A DNA stretch of 64,000 bases from an uncultured Acidobacteriota bacterium. GTDB lineage: Bacteria > Actinomycetota > Acidimicrobiia > Spongiisociales > ZC4RG35. Location: assembly GCA_963828465.1 (NCBI GenBank), contig CAWHEU010000002.1, positions 64,001-128,000 on the forward strand. Reading direction: 5' to 3'. Positions within the stretch are counted from its first letter, which is position 1; each line of letters opens with the position of its first letter. The notes beneath the pieces were generated by a model that did not search any database, had not been told where the DNA came from, and was given only the letters and a program-made list of their open reading frames with translations. Below are positions 51,238 to 61,929 of the stretch, one piece after another. A program made the position numbers and the translations under genes.

Positions 51238-52191
51238 ATGACGCAATTGAGAATGGGTGCCGTGCTGTGGAGCCAGGGAACCGATTGGGCTGGCTTCCTC
51301 GCCGCGGCCCAACGTGCTGACGAGTTGGGATATGACTCGATCTGGACCTGGGATCACCTGTACGCCATTTTCGGGGATCCCGATCAGCCGATCGTGGAGG
51401 GCTACACGGCACTCGCCGGCATGGCCATGGGAACCGAGCGCGCCGATATCGGGCTACTGGTCGGTGCCAACACGTTTCGCAACCCGGGCATCGTCGCCAA
51501 GTCGGTGGTCACTGTCGACGAAATGAGCGGCGGACGGGCCATCCTCGGCCTGGGAGGTGCCTGGTTCGGGTTGGAGCACACCGCATTCGGGATCGATTTC
51601 GGCACCGGGTTCGGCCAGCGGCTGGACTGGATGGATGAGGCGACAGCCGCGATCCGATCCCTCCTCGACGGCGAGACTGTGAGCAGCAACGGCGATGGGC
51701 GATACGACTTCTCCGATCTACATCTCAATCCGCTGCCGGTCCAGGAGCACCTGCCGATCATGATCGGAGGGTCGGGGGAGAAGAAGACCCTGCGCACCGT
51801 CGCTGCCTATGCCGACCAGTGGAACGCGTTCGGCAGCCCGGAGACCCTGGCCCACAAGGACGAGGTCCTACGCGGCCACTGCTCGGATGTCGGCCGCAAT
51901 CCCGACGAGATCGAACGCACGGTCGGAGCCAAGATCGTCATCCGTGAGACGGAGGCCGAGGCCCGGCGGGTGCTCGAGGATTTGATGGAGCACAACCGGA
52001 CGCCGATGGCGAACATCGAGGACGACGAGACATTCTGGATAGGCACCGCGGGCGAGATGACCGAGAAGCTGCTGGCCTATCGCGAGGTCGGGTTCAATAC
52101 CGTCCTGGTCGAGATGCCCGCTCCCTATGACCGGGAGACAATGGACAAGCTCGCCGAGGTGGTCAGGCCGGCCGTGGACTCGGCCTCCTGA
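51238..52191 (+). CDS. LLM-class (probably F420-dependent) oxidoreductase
   Basis: GYDSIWTWDHL, FRNPGIVAK, MSGGRAILGLGGAW, PIMIGGSGEKKTLR.VA.YADQWN. Confidence 0.88.
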   Translation: MTQLRMGAVLWSQGTDWAGFLAAAQRADELGYDSIWTWDHLYAIFGDPDQPIVEGYTALAGMAMGTERADIGLLVGANTFRNPGIVAKSVVTVDEMSGGRAILGLGGAWFGLEHTAFGIDFGTGFGQRLDWMDEATAAIRSLLDGETVSSNGDGRYDFSDLHLNPLPVQEHLPIMIGGSGEKKTLRTVAAYADQWNAFGSPETLAHKDEVLRGHCSDVGRNPDEIERTVGAKIVIRETEAEARRVLEDLMEHNRTPMANIEDDETFWIGTAGEMTEKLLAYREVGFNTVLVEMPAPYDRETMDKLAEVVRPAVDSAS

Positions 52192-53204
52192 TCGCAGACG
52201 CCACCACGCCCGCGGTCCGACTCACCGGCATCGGCACGCTCGAGCATGTGGAGCTGCCCCTCGACGAGCCCTCCGAAGGCGAGGCGCTTCTGCGGGTGTT
52301 GGCGGTGGGCCTGTGTGGATCTGACGCTCACTGGTTCAAAGGGGGCTCGATAGGCGACGCCAACCTCGGCGACGGGCTGGTGCTGGGCCACGAGTTCGCA
52401 GCTGTCATCGAATCAGGCCCGCGCACAGGCCAGCGAGTCGCCGTCGACCCTGCCATCCCGTGCCTCGAATGTGAGCAGTGCGCCGCCGGGCGCCCCAACC
52501 TATGTCTTCGCCTGAAGTTCGCCGGGCATAGCGTCGATGGCGCCTTGCGACGTCAGATGGTCTGGCCGGAGCGGTGCCTCGTCCCCATTCCCGATGACCT
52601 ACCCGACGAGCAGGGAGCGATGCTCGAGCCACTCGGGGTGGCCCTCCACGCCATCGACCTGGCGGGGGACATCGAAGGCGCCTCGGTCGGCGTGATCGGC
52701 TGTGGCCCAATCGGCCTGCTCCTGATCGCGGCCCTGCGACGGAGCGGGGCCGGGCGCATCGTCGCCACCGATCCGCTGGCCCATCGTGTGGAGGCGGGCG
52801 AAGCCATGGGCGCGGACGAAGTGCTCTCCATCGAAGACGATGTCGGGTCTTTGGTCGGCGAGGTCGTAGGTGGTCTCGATGTCGTATTCGAGACCGCCGG
52901 AACCGACGCTGCCCTGAACGATGCCCTGGTGGCGGCTCGGCCGGGGGCAACCGTGGTGTTGGTCGGCATCCCCGACCGGGACCGAGCCTCCTTCGTCGCC
53001 TCTCTTGCACGCCGCAAAGAGATCACGATGACGGTGTGCCGGCGAATGCTGCCCCAAGACCTGGTCAGGGCAGCCGAGATGGCGGAAGCGGGGATGCCCG
53101 GGCTCGACCGAATGGTGACCCATCATTACCCGCTCAGCGAGACCGGCGAGGCGTTCGGCATCCTGGACGACCGTCGCGGGCTCAAGGTGGTGATCCACCC
53201 CTAA
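52188..53204 (+). CDS. zinc-binding polyol dehydrogenase (sorbitol/arabitol dehydrogenase-like); start uncertain
   Basis: GLCGSD, LGHE, CLECEQC...NLC, LEPLGVALHA, GCGPIG. The in-frame homologous N-terminus (AVRLTGIGTL) extends upstream of GTG 52248. Confidence 0.85.
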   Translation: MIADATTPAVRLTGIGTLEHVELPLDEPSEGEALLRVLAVGLCGSDAHWFKGGSIGDANLGDGLVLGHEFAAVIESGPRTGQRVAVDPAIPCLECEQCAAGRPNLCLRLKFAGHSVDGALRRQMVWPERCLVPIPDDLPDEQGAMLEPLGVALHAIDLAGDIEGASVGVIGCGPIGLLLIAALRRSGAGRIVATDPLAHRVEAGEAMGADEVLSIEDDVGSLVGEVVGGLDVVFETAGTDAALNDALVAARPGATVVLVGIPDRDRASFVASLARRKEITMTVCRRMLPQDLVRAAEMAEAGMPGLDRMVTHHYPLSETGEAFGILDDRRGLKVVIHP

Positions 53205-53228
53205 TCGGCTCGCAGACCAGGTGGATAA

Positions 53229-53258
53229 CCTATGCAGGCAAGGCTATGCTGACAATCG
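53229..53258 (-). promoter_or_regulatory. promoter/operator motif, copy 1 (leftward TTGTCA-N17-TAGGTT)
   Basis: 24/30 identity to the reverse complement of 58348-58377; lies upstream of the LacI gene. Confidence 0.65.
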
Positions 53259-53391
53259 TATCCAGTGATCTCCGGCCCGGCACTGGAAGACCTGTGCCTG
53301 GGCCGAGAGGGGGCGGTTAGCTTGATGGGGCAGACACGCTCATCGGATCGGAATGAGACGTGGTGAGGCGCACGCAGAGAGGGAATTTGGG

Positions 53392-54423
53392 TTGACGACA
53401 TCTCGGCCTGTGACCATGCAGGACATCGCCCGCGCCGCGGGTGTGTCGCAATCAACCGTGTCCCGCGTCCTCAACGACACGCCGACCTCGGTGCCCATCG
53501 CCGCCGAGACCAGAGAACGAGTGCAGGAGGTTGCCAAGCGCCTGGGTTACCGGCCTAACCCATTGGCCCGGGGGCTGCGCGGGGCTCGGACCATGCTCCT
53601 CGGGGTCATTGTCAGGGAGATCACCGACCCCTTCTTCGCGGTGGCGATCGAAGCGCTGTCGACCGAGGCACTGGCCCGCGGTTACAACGTCGTCCTGGGA
53701 AGCGCCCACAGCAAGGCCGACGAGGCCATCGCCCTCAGAGCGGTGCTCGAGACACGGCATTGCGACGCCATCCTCCTCCTGGGCGACATGAGGGATGAGC
53801 CCAAGTTCCTCGAAGATCTCCGCGCCTCGCAGACTCCGGTGATCGCTCTGTGGCATGGCACCGAGCTCGAAGGGGTCCCGACCGTCAACATCGACAACCG
53901 CGCCGGCATGGTCGCGGGCATCGACCACCTGATCGACCTCGGTCACGAACGCATCGCTTTCATCGGTGGCCGCCCTCTCGGAGACATCCGCGAGCGTCAC
54001 ACCGCCTTCGTGGCGCATCTCGAGGAAAAGGGCATCCCGGTGCCCGATGAGTATGTGATGACCGTCATCAACGAGCCCGCAGGTGGAGACGCTGCTCTTC
54101 GAACCCTCATGAGCCTCGAGACGCCACCGACCGCCGTCGTCTGCTCCACCGACCATCTGGCCACCGGGGTGCTCCACGCCGCTGCAGACATCGGGCTCTC
54201 CGTGCCCGAGGATCTGTCGGTTGTCGGTTTCGACGACATCCCGATGGCCAGCTTCACGGTGCCGGCCCTGACCACAGTCCACATGCCAATCGCCGAGATG
54301 ACAGCGGCAGCGGCCCGGCTCGCCATGGATGAAGCCGAAGATGGTCAGGACGGCGGGGGAAATTTCGTCGTCACGCCGCAATTGGTGGTGCGGAAATCGA
54401 CCGGTCAGGCCCCGGGCCGATGA
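53392..54423 (+). CDS. LacI family transcriptional regulator
   Basis: VTMQDIARAAGVSQSTVSRVLN HTH, YRPNPLARGL, LGHERIAFI, VPEDLSVVGFDD, PALTTV. Confidence 0.95.
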   Translation: MTTSRPVTMQDIARAAGVSQSTVSRVLNDTPTSVPIAAETRERVQEVAKRLGYRPNPLARGLRGARTMLLGVIVREITDPFFAVAIEALSTEALARGYNVVLGSAHSKADEAIALRAVLETRHCDAILLLGDMRDEPKFLEDLRASQTPVIALWHGTELEGVPTVNIDNRAGMVAGIDHLIDLGHERIAFIGGRPLGDIRERHTAFVAHLEEKGIPVPDEYVMTVINEPAGGDAALRTLMSLETPPTAVVCSTDHLATGVLHAAADIGLSVPEDLSVVGFDDIPMASFTVPALTTVHMPIAEMTAAAARLAMDEAEDGQDGGGNFVVTPQLVVRKSTGQAPGR

Positions 54424-55127
54424 GCGGGGAGCACGCCGACCTACGCCAATCGGCAGCCCGGGCGAATAATGAGATAGCCGAGGCGGGCCTGGTGGTCCAT
54501 GCCTTCGGCAACGCGAGCCAGGTCGACCGCGACGAGCGGGTGTTCGCGATCAAGCCGAGTGGGATCCCGTGCCGGGAGGTGACCGGTGACGACATCGTCG
54601 TGGTCAGCCTCGACGACGGCGACGTGGTGTGGGGTGAGAACCGCCCTTCCTCGGACACGCCAACTCATCGGGCGATATTCAATGGTCTCGAGGAAGTCGG
54701 TGGCGTCGTCCACACCCACTCCAGGTTCGCCACTTCCTGGGCACAGGCACGGCTGCCAATTCCCTGTCTGGGGACCACCCATGCCGACCACTTTCGAGGC
54801 TCGGTCCCGGTGACACGGCCACTCTCGGCCGAGGAGATCGAAGGTGACTACGAGTCGAACACCGGCCGGGTCATCGTGGAGATGTATGGCGTCGACGGAC
54901 TCCACCCGGACGAGGCCCCTGGCGCACTGGTCGCGTCACACGGCCCGTTTGCCTGGGGCCCGGACGCGAGTGCGGCGGTCGAGATGGCGGCGGCCATCGA
55001 GTTGATAGCCGAGCTGGCCGCCCACACCCTGGCGATCGGGCGGGACCGTCCTCCGATCGAAGACGAGCTCCTCGAGCGGCACTTCAGCCGAAAGCACGGC
55101 CCCATGGCGTACTACGGGCAGCCATGA
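54420..55127 (+). CDS. araD: L-ribulose-5-phosphate 4-epimerase
   Basis: FGNAS, IKPSG, PSSDTPTH, VVHTHS, GTTHADHF, HGPFAWG, RHFSRKHG..AYYGQ. Confidence 0.95.
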   Translation: MSGEHADLRQSAARANNEIAEAGLVVHAFGNASQVDRDERVFAIKPSGIPCREVTGDDIVVVSLDDGDVVWGENRPSSDTPTHRAIFNGLEEVGGVVHTHSRFATSWAQARLPIPCLGTTHADHFRGSVPVTRPLSAEEIEGDYESNTGRVIVEMYGVDGLHPDEAPGALVASHGPFAWGPDASAAVEMAAAIELIAELAAHTLAIGRDRPPIEDELLERHFSRKHGPMAYYGQP

Positions 55128-56800
55128 GCGGCGCAGGCAAGGCGACGGTGGGTGTCGACTTCGGGACCGAGTCGGCACGGGCGGTCCTGGTCGACGTGGG
55201 GACAGGCCGGGAGTTGGCCACTGCGGTGCACAGGTATGCCTCAGGGGTCATAGACCAACGTCTTCCCGGCGACGGCGCTCCCTTGGCCCCCGATTGGGCA
55301 TTGCAAGACCCCGACGACTATCTGGATGCGCTCGGGTCGACTGTTCGAGCGGTGCTCGCCGAAACCGGAATCGATCCGTCCGATGTGATCGGGATTGGGA
55401 TCGACTTCACCGCATGCACCATGCTCCCGGTCACCTCCGAGGGAATCCCCTTGTGCCGCATCCCCGAGCTTCGCCCCGACCCACATTCATGGGTCAAGCT
55501 GTGGAAACACCATGCCGCCCAGCCGGAAGCGGATCTGATCAATGCGACGGCGGAGGCCCGGGGTGACGCCTGGCTGGACCGGTACGGGCGTCGGACCTCC
55601 TCGGAGTGGTTCTTCGCCAAGGCGCTGCAGATCCTGGATGAGGCGCCCGCCATCTATGCGAGAGCGGATCGCCTCATCGAGGCGGCCGATTGGGTGGTAT
55701 GGCAATTGACGGGTGTCGAGACCCGGAACAGCTGCACGGCCGGGTACAAAGCCCTTTGGTCCAAACAGGAGGGGTTTCCGGACCGTGCCTTCTTCGAGGC
55801 CCTCGCCGCAGATTTCGCCGACGTCGTCGACGAGAAGATGTCCCGGGACATCTCCAGCCCCGGAGAGAGAGCGGGCCTCATCAGCGCCGATGCGGCCACT
55901 TTGACCGGGTTGAACGTGGGCACGCCCGTGGCCGTCGCCAACGTCGATGCCCACGTCTCGGTTCCCGCCGCGACGGTGGTGACGCCGGGCTCACTGGTGG
56001 CGGTGATGGGCACCAGCACCTGTCATCTCGCCTTGGCCGATGTCGACCGTGTGGTGCCGGGCTTTTGCGGCGTCGTGGAAGACGGCGTGATCCCGGGTCT
56101 CTTCGGCTACGAGGCGGGGCAGGCGGCGGTCGGAGACATGTTCGCCTGGTTCGCCGGGATCCTCGCTCGGGATGGCGGGTCGCTCGATGAGTTGCACCGG
56201 TCGCTGGAACGCGACGCCGCGTTGCTCGAGCCGGGTGAGTCCGGCGTCGTAGCCCTCGACTGGTGGAACGGGAACCGATCGATCCTCGTCGACGCCGAGC
56301 TGACCGGGCTCTTGATGGGGGCAACTCTCGCCACCGGCCCCGGCGAGATCTATCGCGCCCTCCTGGAATCCACCGTTTTCGGCACCAGGGTCATCATCGA
56401 GACACTCGAGGAATCGGGGATAGGGGTCGACGAGATGGTGGTTTGTGGCGGGCTGCCATTCCAGAACCGGCTGCTCATGCAGCTCTCAGCCGACATCACC
56501 GGGCGCCCGGTTCGGGTCGCCGAGTCACGCCAGGCCCCCGCACTCGGCTCGGCGATGTTCGCCGCCGTGGCGGCCGGGCCCGAGTTGGGAGGGTACGACT
56601 CGATCGTCGAGGCGTCGGAGCGGATGGCCCGGCTCGGGGAGGACGAGTACCTGCCCAACGAGTCGACGCGGCCCGTCTATGACGACCTGTACTCCATCTA
56701 CAAGGACCTTCACGACACGATGGCGGGCCCTTCGTCGGGCATGAGGAAGCTGCGCTCGGTGCAGGAAAGAGCACGAAAACAGACGGTGGTGCCGGTATGA
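55124..56800 (+). CDS. araB: ribulokinase
   Basis: [62 protein letters not shown]. Confidence 0.95.
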   Translation: MSGAGKATVGVDFGTESARAVLVDVGTGRELATAVHRYASGVIDQRLPGDGAPLAPDWALQDPDDYLDALGSTVRAVLAETGIDPSDVIGIGIDFTACTMLPVTSEGIPLCRIPELRPDPHSWVKLWKHHAAQPEADLINATAEARGDAWLDRYGRRTSSEWFFAKALQILDEAPAIYARADRLIEAADWVVWQLTGVETRNSCTAGYKALWSKQEGFPDRAFFEALAADFADVVDEKMSRDISSPGERAGLISADAATLTGLNVGTPVAVANVDAHVSVPAATVVTPGSLVAVMGTSTCHLALADVDRVVPGFCGVVEDGVIPGLFGYEAGQAAVGDMFAWFAGILARDGGSLDELHRSLERDAALLEPGESGVVALDWWNGNRSILVDAELTGLLMGATLATGPGEIYRALLESTVFGTRVIIETLEESGIGVDEMVVCGGLPFQNRLLMQLSADITGRPVRVAESRQAPALGSAMFAAVAAGPELGGYDSIVEASERMARLGEDEYLPNESTRPVYDDLYSIYKDLHDTMAGPSSGMRKLRSVQERARKQTVVPV

Positions 56801-58302
56801 AATCGCTTGACAGCTTCGAGGTGTGGTTCCTGACCGGAAGCCAGGGCCTTTACGGCGAAGAGGTGCTCCAGCAGGTCGCCGACAACTCGGCTGCGATCGC
56901 CGGCGGTCTGGACGACGCCGACGACATCCCGGTGCGCATCGTTCCCAAGCCGGTAGTGAGCAGCCCCGAAGCGATCGAGGATGTGTGTCGCCAGGCCAAC
57001 ACCAACCCTGGATGCGTCGGGGTCATCGCCTGGATGCACACGTTCTCCCCGGCCAAGATGTGGATCCCCGGGCTCATGGCCCTGGACAAGCCACTGCTCC
57101 ACCTCCACACTCAGTTCAACCGCGATCTGCCCTGGGCCGAGATCGACATGGACTTCATGAATCTCAACCAGGCGGCCCATGGGGATCGTGAGTTCGGCTT
57201 CGTCCTATCCCGACTGAGGGTGGCGCGGAAGATCGTCGTCGGGCATTGGCAAGACCCGGCGGTCGCGGCTCGCATCGGTAGCTGGGCTCGGGCCGCCTGC
57301 GGATGGCAAGAATCGCGAAATCTGAAGCTGGCCCGATTCGGGAGCAACATGCGACGCGTTGCGGTGACCGATGGTGACCGGCTGGAGGCACAGGTGCGGC
57401 TCGGTGTGGCCGTCGATGGGTTTGGCGTCGCCGATCTCGAGACTGCGATGGCGAACGTCGAGCGGCAGGCGATCCACAAGCTGATCGGCGAGTACCACGA
57501 CGAGTACGAGATGGCGCCCGAGCTCGCTCGAGGAGGCGACCGTCACGAGTCACTGGTCGAAGCTGCGCGCATCGAGGCCGGTCTGCGGGACTTCCTCGAA
57601 GCGGGTGGGTTCATGGCATTCACCGACACCTTCGAGGATCTTGCCGGCCTTCCCCAGCTCCCCGGTATCGCCGTGCAGAGGTTGATGGCCGACGGCTACG
57701 GGTTCGGAGCCGAGGGAGATTGGAAGACGGCGACGATGGTCCGGATCATGAAGGTGATGGGTGCGGGCCGAAGTGGCGGCGCATCCTTCATGGAGGACTA
57801 CACCTACCACCTCGGTGACGGGGGGCCCAAGGTCCTCGGCGCCCACATGCTCGAGGTATGCCCGTCGATCGCCGGCGGCCGTCCCTCGTGTGAGATCCAT
57901 CCGCTCTCGATCGGGGGCAAGCCCGACCCGGTGCGGCTGGTGTTCACCGCCCGGACCGGCCCCGGCGTGGTGGTCGGCCTCATGGATCTCGGCAACCGGT
58001 TCCGTCTGGTGGCCAACGAGGTAGAGCTCACCGATCCCGACGAACCGTTGCCGAATCTCCCTGTCGCCCGCGCCGTGTGGAAGCCGCTTCCCGATTTCGA
58101 GACCGCGGCGTCGTCCTGGCTACTGGCCGGGGGTTCGCATCACACCTGTCTGAGCCTCGATGTCGACATCGAGATCCTCACCGATTTCGCCAACATGGCC
58201 GGAGTCGAACTGGCCGTCATCGATCACGACACGACCTTTGCCTCATTCGAGCGGGAGCTCCGCTGGAATCAGGCCTATCACCATCTCGTCACCGGTCCCT
58301 GA
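56797..58302 (+). CDS. araA: L-arabinose isomerase
   Basis: [71 protein letters not shown]. Confidence 0.97.
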   Translation: MKSLDSFEVWFLTGSQGLYGEEVLQQVADNSAAIAGGLDDADDIPVRIVPKPVVSSPEAIEDVCRQANTNPGCVGVIAWMHTFSPAKMWIPGLMALDKPLLHLHTQFNRDLPWAEIDMDFMNLNQAAHGDREFGFVLSRLRVARKIVVGHWQDPAVAARIGSWARAACGWQESRNLKLARFGSNMRRVAVTDGDRLEAQVRLGVAVDGFGVADLETAMANVERQAIHKLIGEYHDEYEMAPELARGGDRHESLVEAARIEAGLRDFLEAGGFMAFTDTFEDLAGLPQLPGIAVQRLMADGYGFGAEGDWKTATMVRIMKVMGAGRSGGASFMEDYTYHLGDGGPKVLGAHMLEVCPSIAGGRPSCEIHPLSIGGKPDPVRLVFTARTGPGVVVGLMDLGNRFRLVANEVELTDPDEPLPNLPVARAVWKPLPDFETAASSWLLAGGSHHTCLSLDVDIEILTDFANMAGVELAVIDHDTTFASFERELRWNQAYHHLVTGP

Positions 58303-58347
58303 CCGACCCCGGAGCTCCTGCGTCTCTAGTGGTAGTGGACTTGATTA

Positions 58348-58379
58348 CGTTTGACAGCATTCCCTTGTATGCATAGGAT
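58348..58379 (+). promoter_or_regulatory. sigma-A type promoter with embedded operator, copy 2
   Basis: TTGACA (58351) -N17- TAGGAT (58374), with the palindrome tatgcata overlapping the spacer and -10; upstream of the sugar ABC operon. Confidence 0.75.
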
Positions 58380-58533
58380 TGCACTCGCTGGAGTGACAGC
58401 TGGAAGTGGCAGGGAAGGCGACTGGGAATTGCCCTTTCGCGGTTACCGGGAGGCGGGTCGGCGTCGGGAGCGCCGCTCCTCTTCCGCCCGAGACGCGGGA
58501 CTCGGGCATGACCCAACAAGGAGGAGAAAACAG

Positions 58534-59990
58534 GTGAACACGAGAAAGCATGGCGGCCTACTTAGCAGGCCGTCGGTCCTTCTCATCATGGCCATCGTGA
58601 TGGCAATGGTGGTTGGGGCCTGTGCCGACAGCGGCGCGGAAGAGACGACCACGTCGGCCGCTGCCGAGGAGACCACCACCAGCGCGGCTGCCGAGGAGAC
58701 GACCACCAGCGCCGCCACTGAAGAGACGACCACGAGCGCAGCTGCCGAGGCGCTAGCAGTGACTTGCGAGCCCACGGCGGCGGACGCCGAGGGAGCGCTG
58801 ATCATGTGGGAGAGGACCGGGGGCAACGCCCAGATGGTCGACGCCCTTGTCTGCGCCTGGAACGGTCGCAACCCCGACCGCCCGATCAGCCTGGAGTACA
58901 TCGAGCACACCGCGATGGTCGACCGTCTGGCCCGCGGCCTGGCAACGGGTGACGTGCCCGACCTGATGGGCCTCGACCTGATCTACGGCCCGCAGTTCAC
59001 CAGCGCCGACCAGCTGCAGGATGTCACCGACCTCGTCGACCCAGACCTCATGGCACACCGCGGTCACGGGTCACGTAGAGGTGGCGACATGGGAGGACCG
59101 TCTCTACGGGGTCCCGCTCTATGCCGACGTCTCTGCGTTGTTCTGGAACAAGGACCTGTTCGAGGCTGCCGGCCTCGACCCGGAAGTGCCCCCGACGAAC
59201 CTGACCGAGCTGCATGACATGGCTGCGGCCATCACCGGAGTGCAGGACGGTGCCTACGGGTATTACCTGGCCGGCAACTGCGCCGGGTGCAACATCTTCA
59301 CCTTCGGCCCGATGATCTGGGCCAACGGTGGGAAGATCGAGCCGGCCGCGCCTGGCGATGAAGCCATGGTCACACCCGAGCAGATCGCCCCGGTCCTGGA
59401 GTGGGCCCGCATGATGCATCAGGAGGGTCACATCGATCCCGCCGCTCAGTCCGAGGATGGCGCCACCTTCGCCCAGGTGTTCGGCTCGGGCAATGTCGGA
59501 ATCATGGGGACCGGCAACTTCAACATCACCCTGGTGACCGGCGCCGAGGGCATCGAGGGCCAGAACCCGGACATGAACTTCGGCATCACCGTCATCCCCG
59601 GCCTCAACACCGGTGATGCCTCGTCGTTCGCCGGTGGTGACATCGTGGTTGTCCCCCAGGGCAGCGAGCGCTTGGAGGACGCCGTCGAATTCATGAACTT
59701 CATCCTCTCCGATGAGGTCCAGGTCGAGGTGTACGCCAAGTTGCTCAACATGACCACCCGGACCGACATGACCGACAACGAGTACTTCCAGGCCAACCCG
59801 CTGGTGCAGGACGTCGCGGCAGGCCATCGAGATCGCACAGACTCCGTTCACGTTGAAGTTCTTCGAGTTGATCAACTCGCCACAGGGGCCGTGGCTGCAG
59901 ATGCTGCAGCGGGTGTACTACAGCGACGACGACATCAACACCGTCATCGCAGATGCCAAGGCCGAGATGGAGGCAATCATCAACGAATGA
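58534..59990 (+). CDS. sugar ABC transporter substrate-binding lipoprotein (frameshifts near 59055 and 59820)
   Basis: AAGGAGG RBS, lipobox VGAC, VPDLMGLD, LYGVPLYADVSALFWNKDLFEAAGLDP, SFAGGD. Confidence 0.88.
58639..58746 (+). repeat. coding tandem repeat, 4 x 27 bp (EETTTSAAA)
   Basis: Four units with synonymous divergence directly after the lipobox. Confidence 0.9.
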
Positions 59991-60015
59991 CGGAGCGGGT
60001 CTGAGCTCGAAGCCG

Positions 60016-60055
60016 AAGGGCCGCAGTGCCATACCTCCGGGGTGCTGCGGCCCTT
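60016..60055 (+). terminator. intra-operon stem-loop after the SBP gene
   Basis: 15-bp stem (2 G-U pairs) aagggccgcagtgcc / ggtgctgcggccctt between the SBP and the first permease. Confidence 0.6.
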
Positions 60056-60134
60056 GCTTCACCGTCGCCGTGATTCACCACGAAATACCATCGATGCCGG
60101 CCCTGCCTGACCGACGAACTGGCATCCACCACTC

Positions 60135-61008
60135 ATGACCAATCGCAGCAAGCTGACAGGTTTCTGGTACGTGCTGCCGGCCCTCCTCTTCGTCGTGACC
60201 TTCACCGCGTGGCCGTTCCTGCAGATGGTCTGGATCTCACTCAACGAGTGGTCGCTGATCACTCCCCCCGAGTTCGTCGGGCTCCAGAACTATATCGATG
60301 CCTTTGCCGATTCCCAGTTCTGGATCTCACTCCGTTTCACCCTGAAATACACCCTCTACATCACCCCGATCCTCATGATCGGCGGCTATCTCGTCGCATT
60401 GCTGGTGACCCCGAACAGCGGCTTGAGCCGTTTCACCCGGACGATCGTCTTCATACCGGTCGTGATCGGGCTCGGTGCCTCCAGCTTTCTCTGGTACTGG
60501 CTGTTCAGCCCCAACTACGGGCTGGTCAACAAGTTCCTGATCGACCTGGGGATCATCGACACCCCGATCCTCTGGCTCGGGGTCGATGCCGACCTCTCCA
60601 ACTGGGCGATCATCATCTCCGTGACCTGGAAAGTTCTCGGCTTCGGCATGATCCTCTTCGTCGCCGCCATCCAGGCCATCCCCCATGAGATAACCGAGGC
60701 GGCCATGGTGGACGGCGCCGGGTTCTGGCAAAGGGTGCGCAAGCTGATCCTGCCGCTCACCCGGAGGACGATCCTCCTGGTGACCCTGGTCAGTGTGATC
60801 GGGTCGCTCCTCGCCTTCGACCAGTTCTACATCATGACCGCCGGCCAGCCGCGGAACCTGACTGCCACCTCTGTCTTCTTCGTGTATCTCAACTCTTTTC
60901 CCGTATCTGAAGCTCGGCTACGGAGCCGCCCTCTCCATGATCCTGGCCCTGATCATCCTCGGTTTCACAATCGTCCAGATGATGCTCACCCGGAGGGCGG
61001 AGACGTGA
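60135..61008 (+). CDS. carbohydrate ABC permease, MalF-like (frameshift near 60900)
   Basis: FVGLQNY, EAAMVDGA, FDQFYIMT. The C-terminus LGYGAALSMILAL is in another frame, ending at TGA 61008. Confidence 0.88.
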
Positions 61009-61929
61009 CCCAGGTCTCGCTGCCACAGCCAGTAGGCACCGACCTCGAGCTAGAGATGGAGGGCGTGGGATCCGCCCACAGAGGTGGGCGATTCTGGTCG
61101 GGGCGCAGCAGGTACCTGTTGGGTGCGGTGTCGATCGTCATGTGCCTCGTGATGCTGACACCGATCGTGCTGTCGGTGGCAGCCTCTTTGAAGACGACCC
61201 AGGAGGCGGCGGCGGTTCCACCGACCTACTTCCCCAGCGAGCTCAGCCTGGACAACTACGAGAAGTTGTGGGACTACGGCAGCGGGCTGCCCAGGTATCT
61301 CGCGAATAGCGTGATCACCGCGTTCTTGACCATCGCCATGACTCTGATCCTCACCGTGCCTGCTGGTTATGGCCTGGCCAGATTCCCGATCCCCGGCAAG
61401 GAGTTCATCTTCGTCTTCCTCCTTCTGGCTCTGATCATCCCCTATCAAGCGCTGCTCACCCCGATCTTCCTCATGTTCTCCACATTGGGGTTGACCAACA
61501 ACCTGTTCGGCCTGGCCATCGTGCACACCCTGATCCAGCTCCCGTTCAGCATCTACATCATGCGCAACGCCTTCGAGGCCGTCCCTCGCGAATTGGAAGA
61601 GGCGGCCCTGGTGGACGGTGCCAGCACATGGCAGGTTCTGCGGCGGGTATTCCTGCCCAACATGGTCCCCGCGATCATCACCGTGACCCTGTTTGCCTTT
61701 GTCATGTCATGGAACGAGTTCTTGGGAGCCCTGGTGATGCTGACCAGGGACACCACTCTCACCTTGCCCCTGGTGCTCGCCGCCGCCCGCAGCGTCACCA
61801 GCCTGGGCAGCACCGACTGGGGGATGCTCCAGGCAGGAGTGACGGTCGCGATCATCCCCTGCGTCCTCTTCTACCTGCTGCTCCAGCGGTACTACGTCTC
61901 CGGCCTGCTCACCGGGGCTGGTGAAGTAG
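61005..61929 (+). CDS. carbohydrate ABC permease, MalG-like
   Basis: GTG overlapping the upstream TGA, NSVITA, AGYGLAR, ELEEAALVDGA, SWNEF, LQRYYVSGL.GA. Expected ending VK* at TAG 61929 after a 1-nt shift. Confidence 0.88.

Noticed and set aside
58639-58746. 27-bp tandem repeat as a CRISPR array or mobile repeat
   Set aside because: No spacers or cas genes; it is in frame with synonymous variation and encodes a lipoprotein linker.
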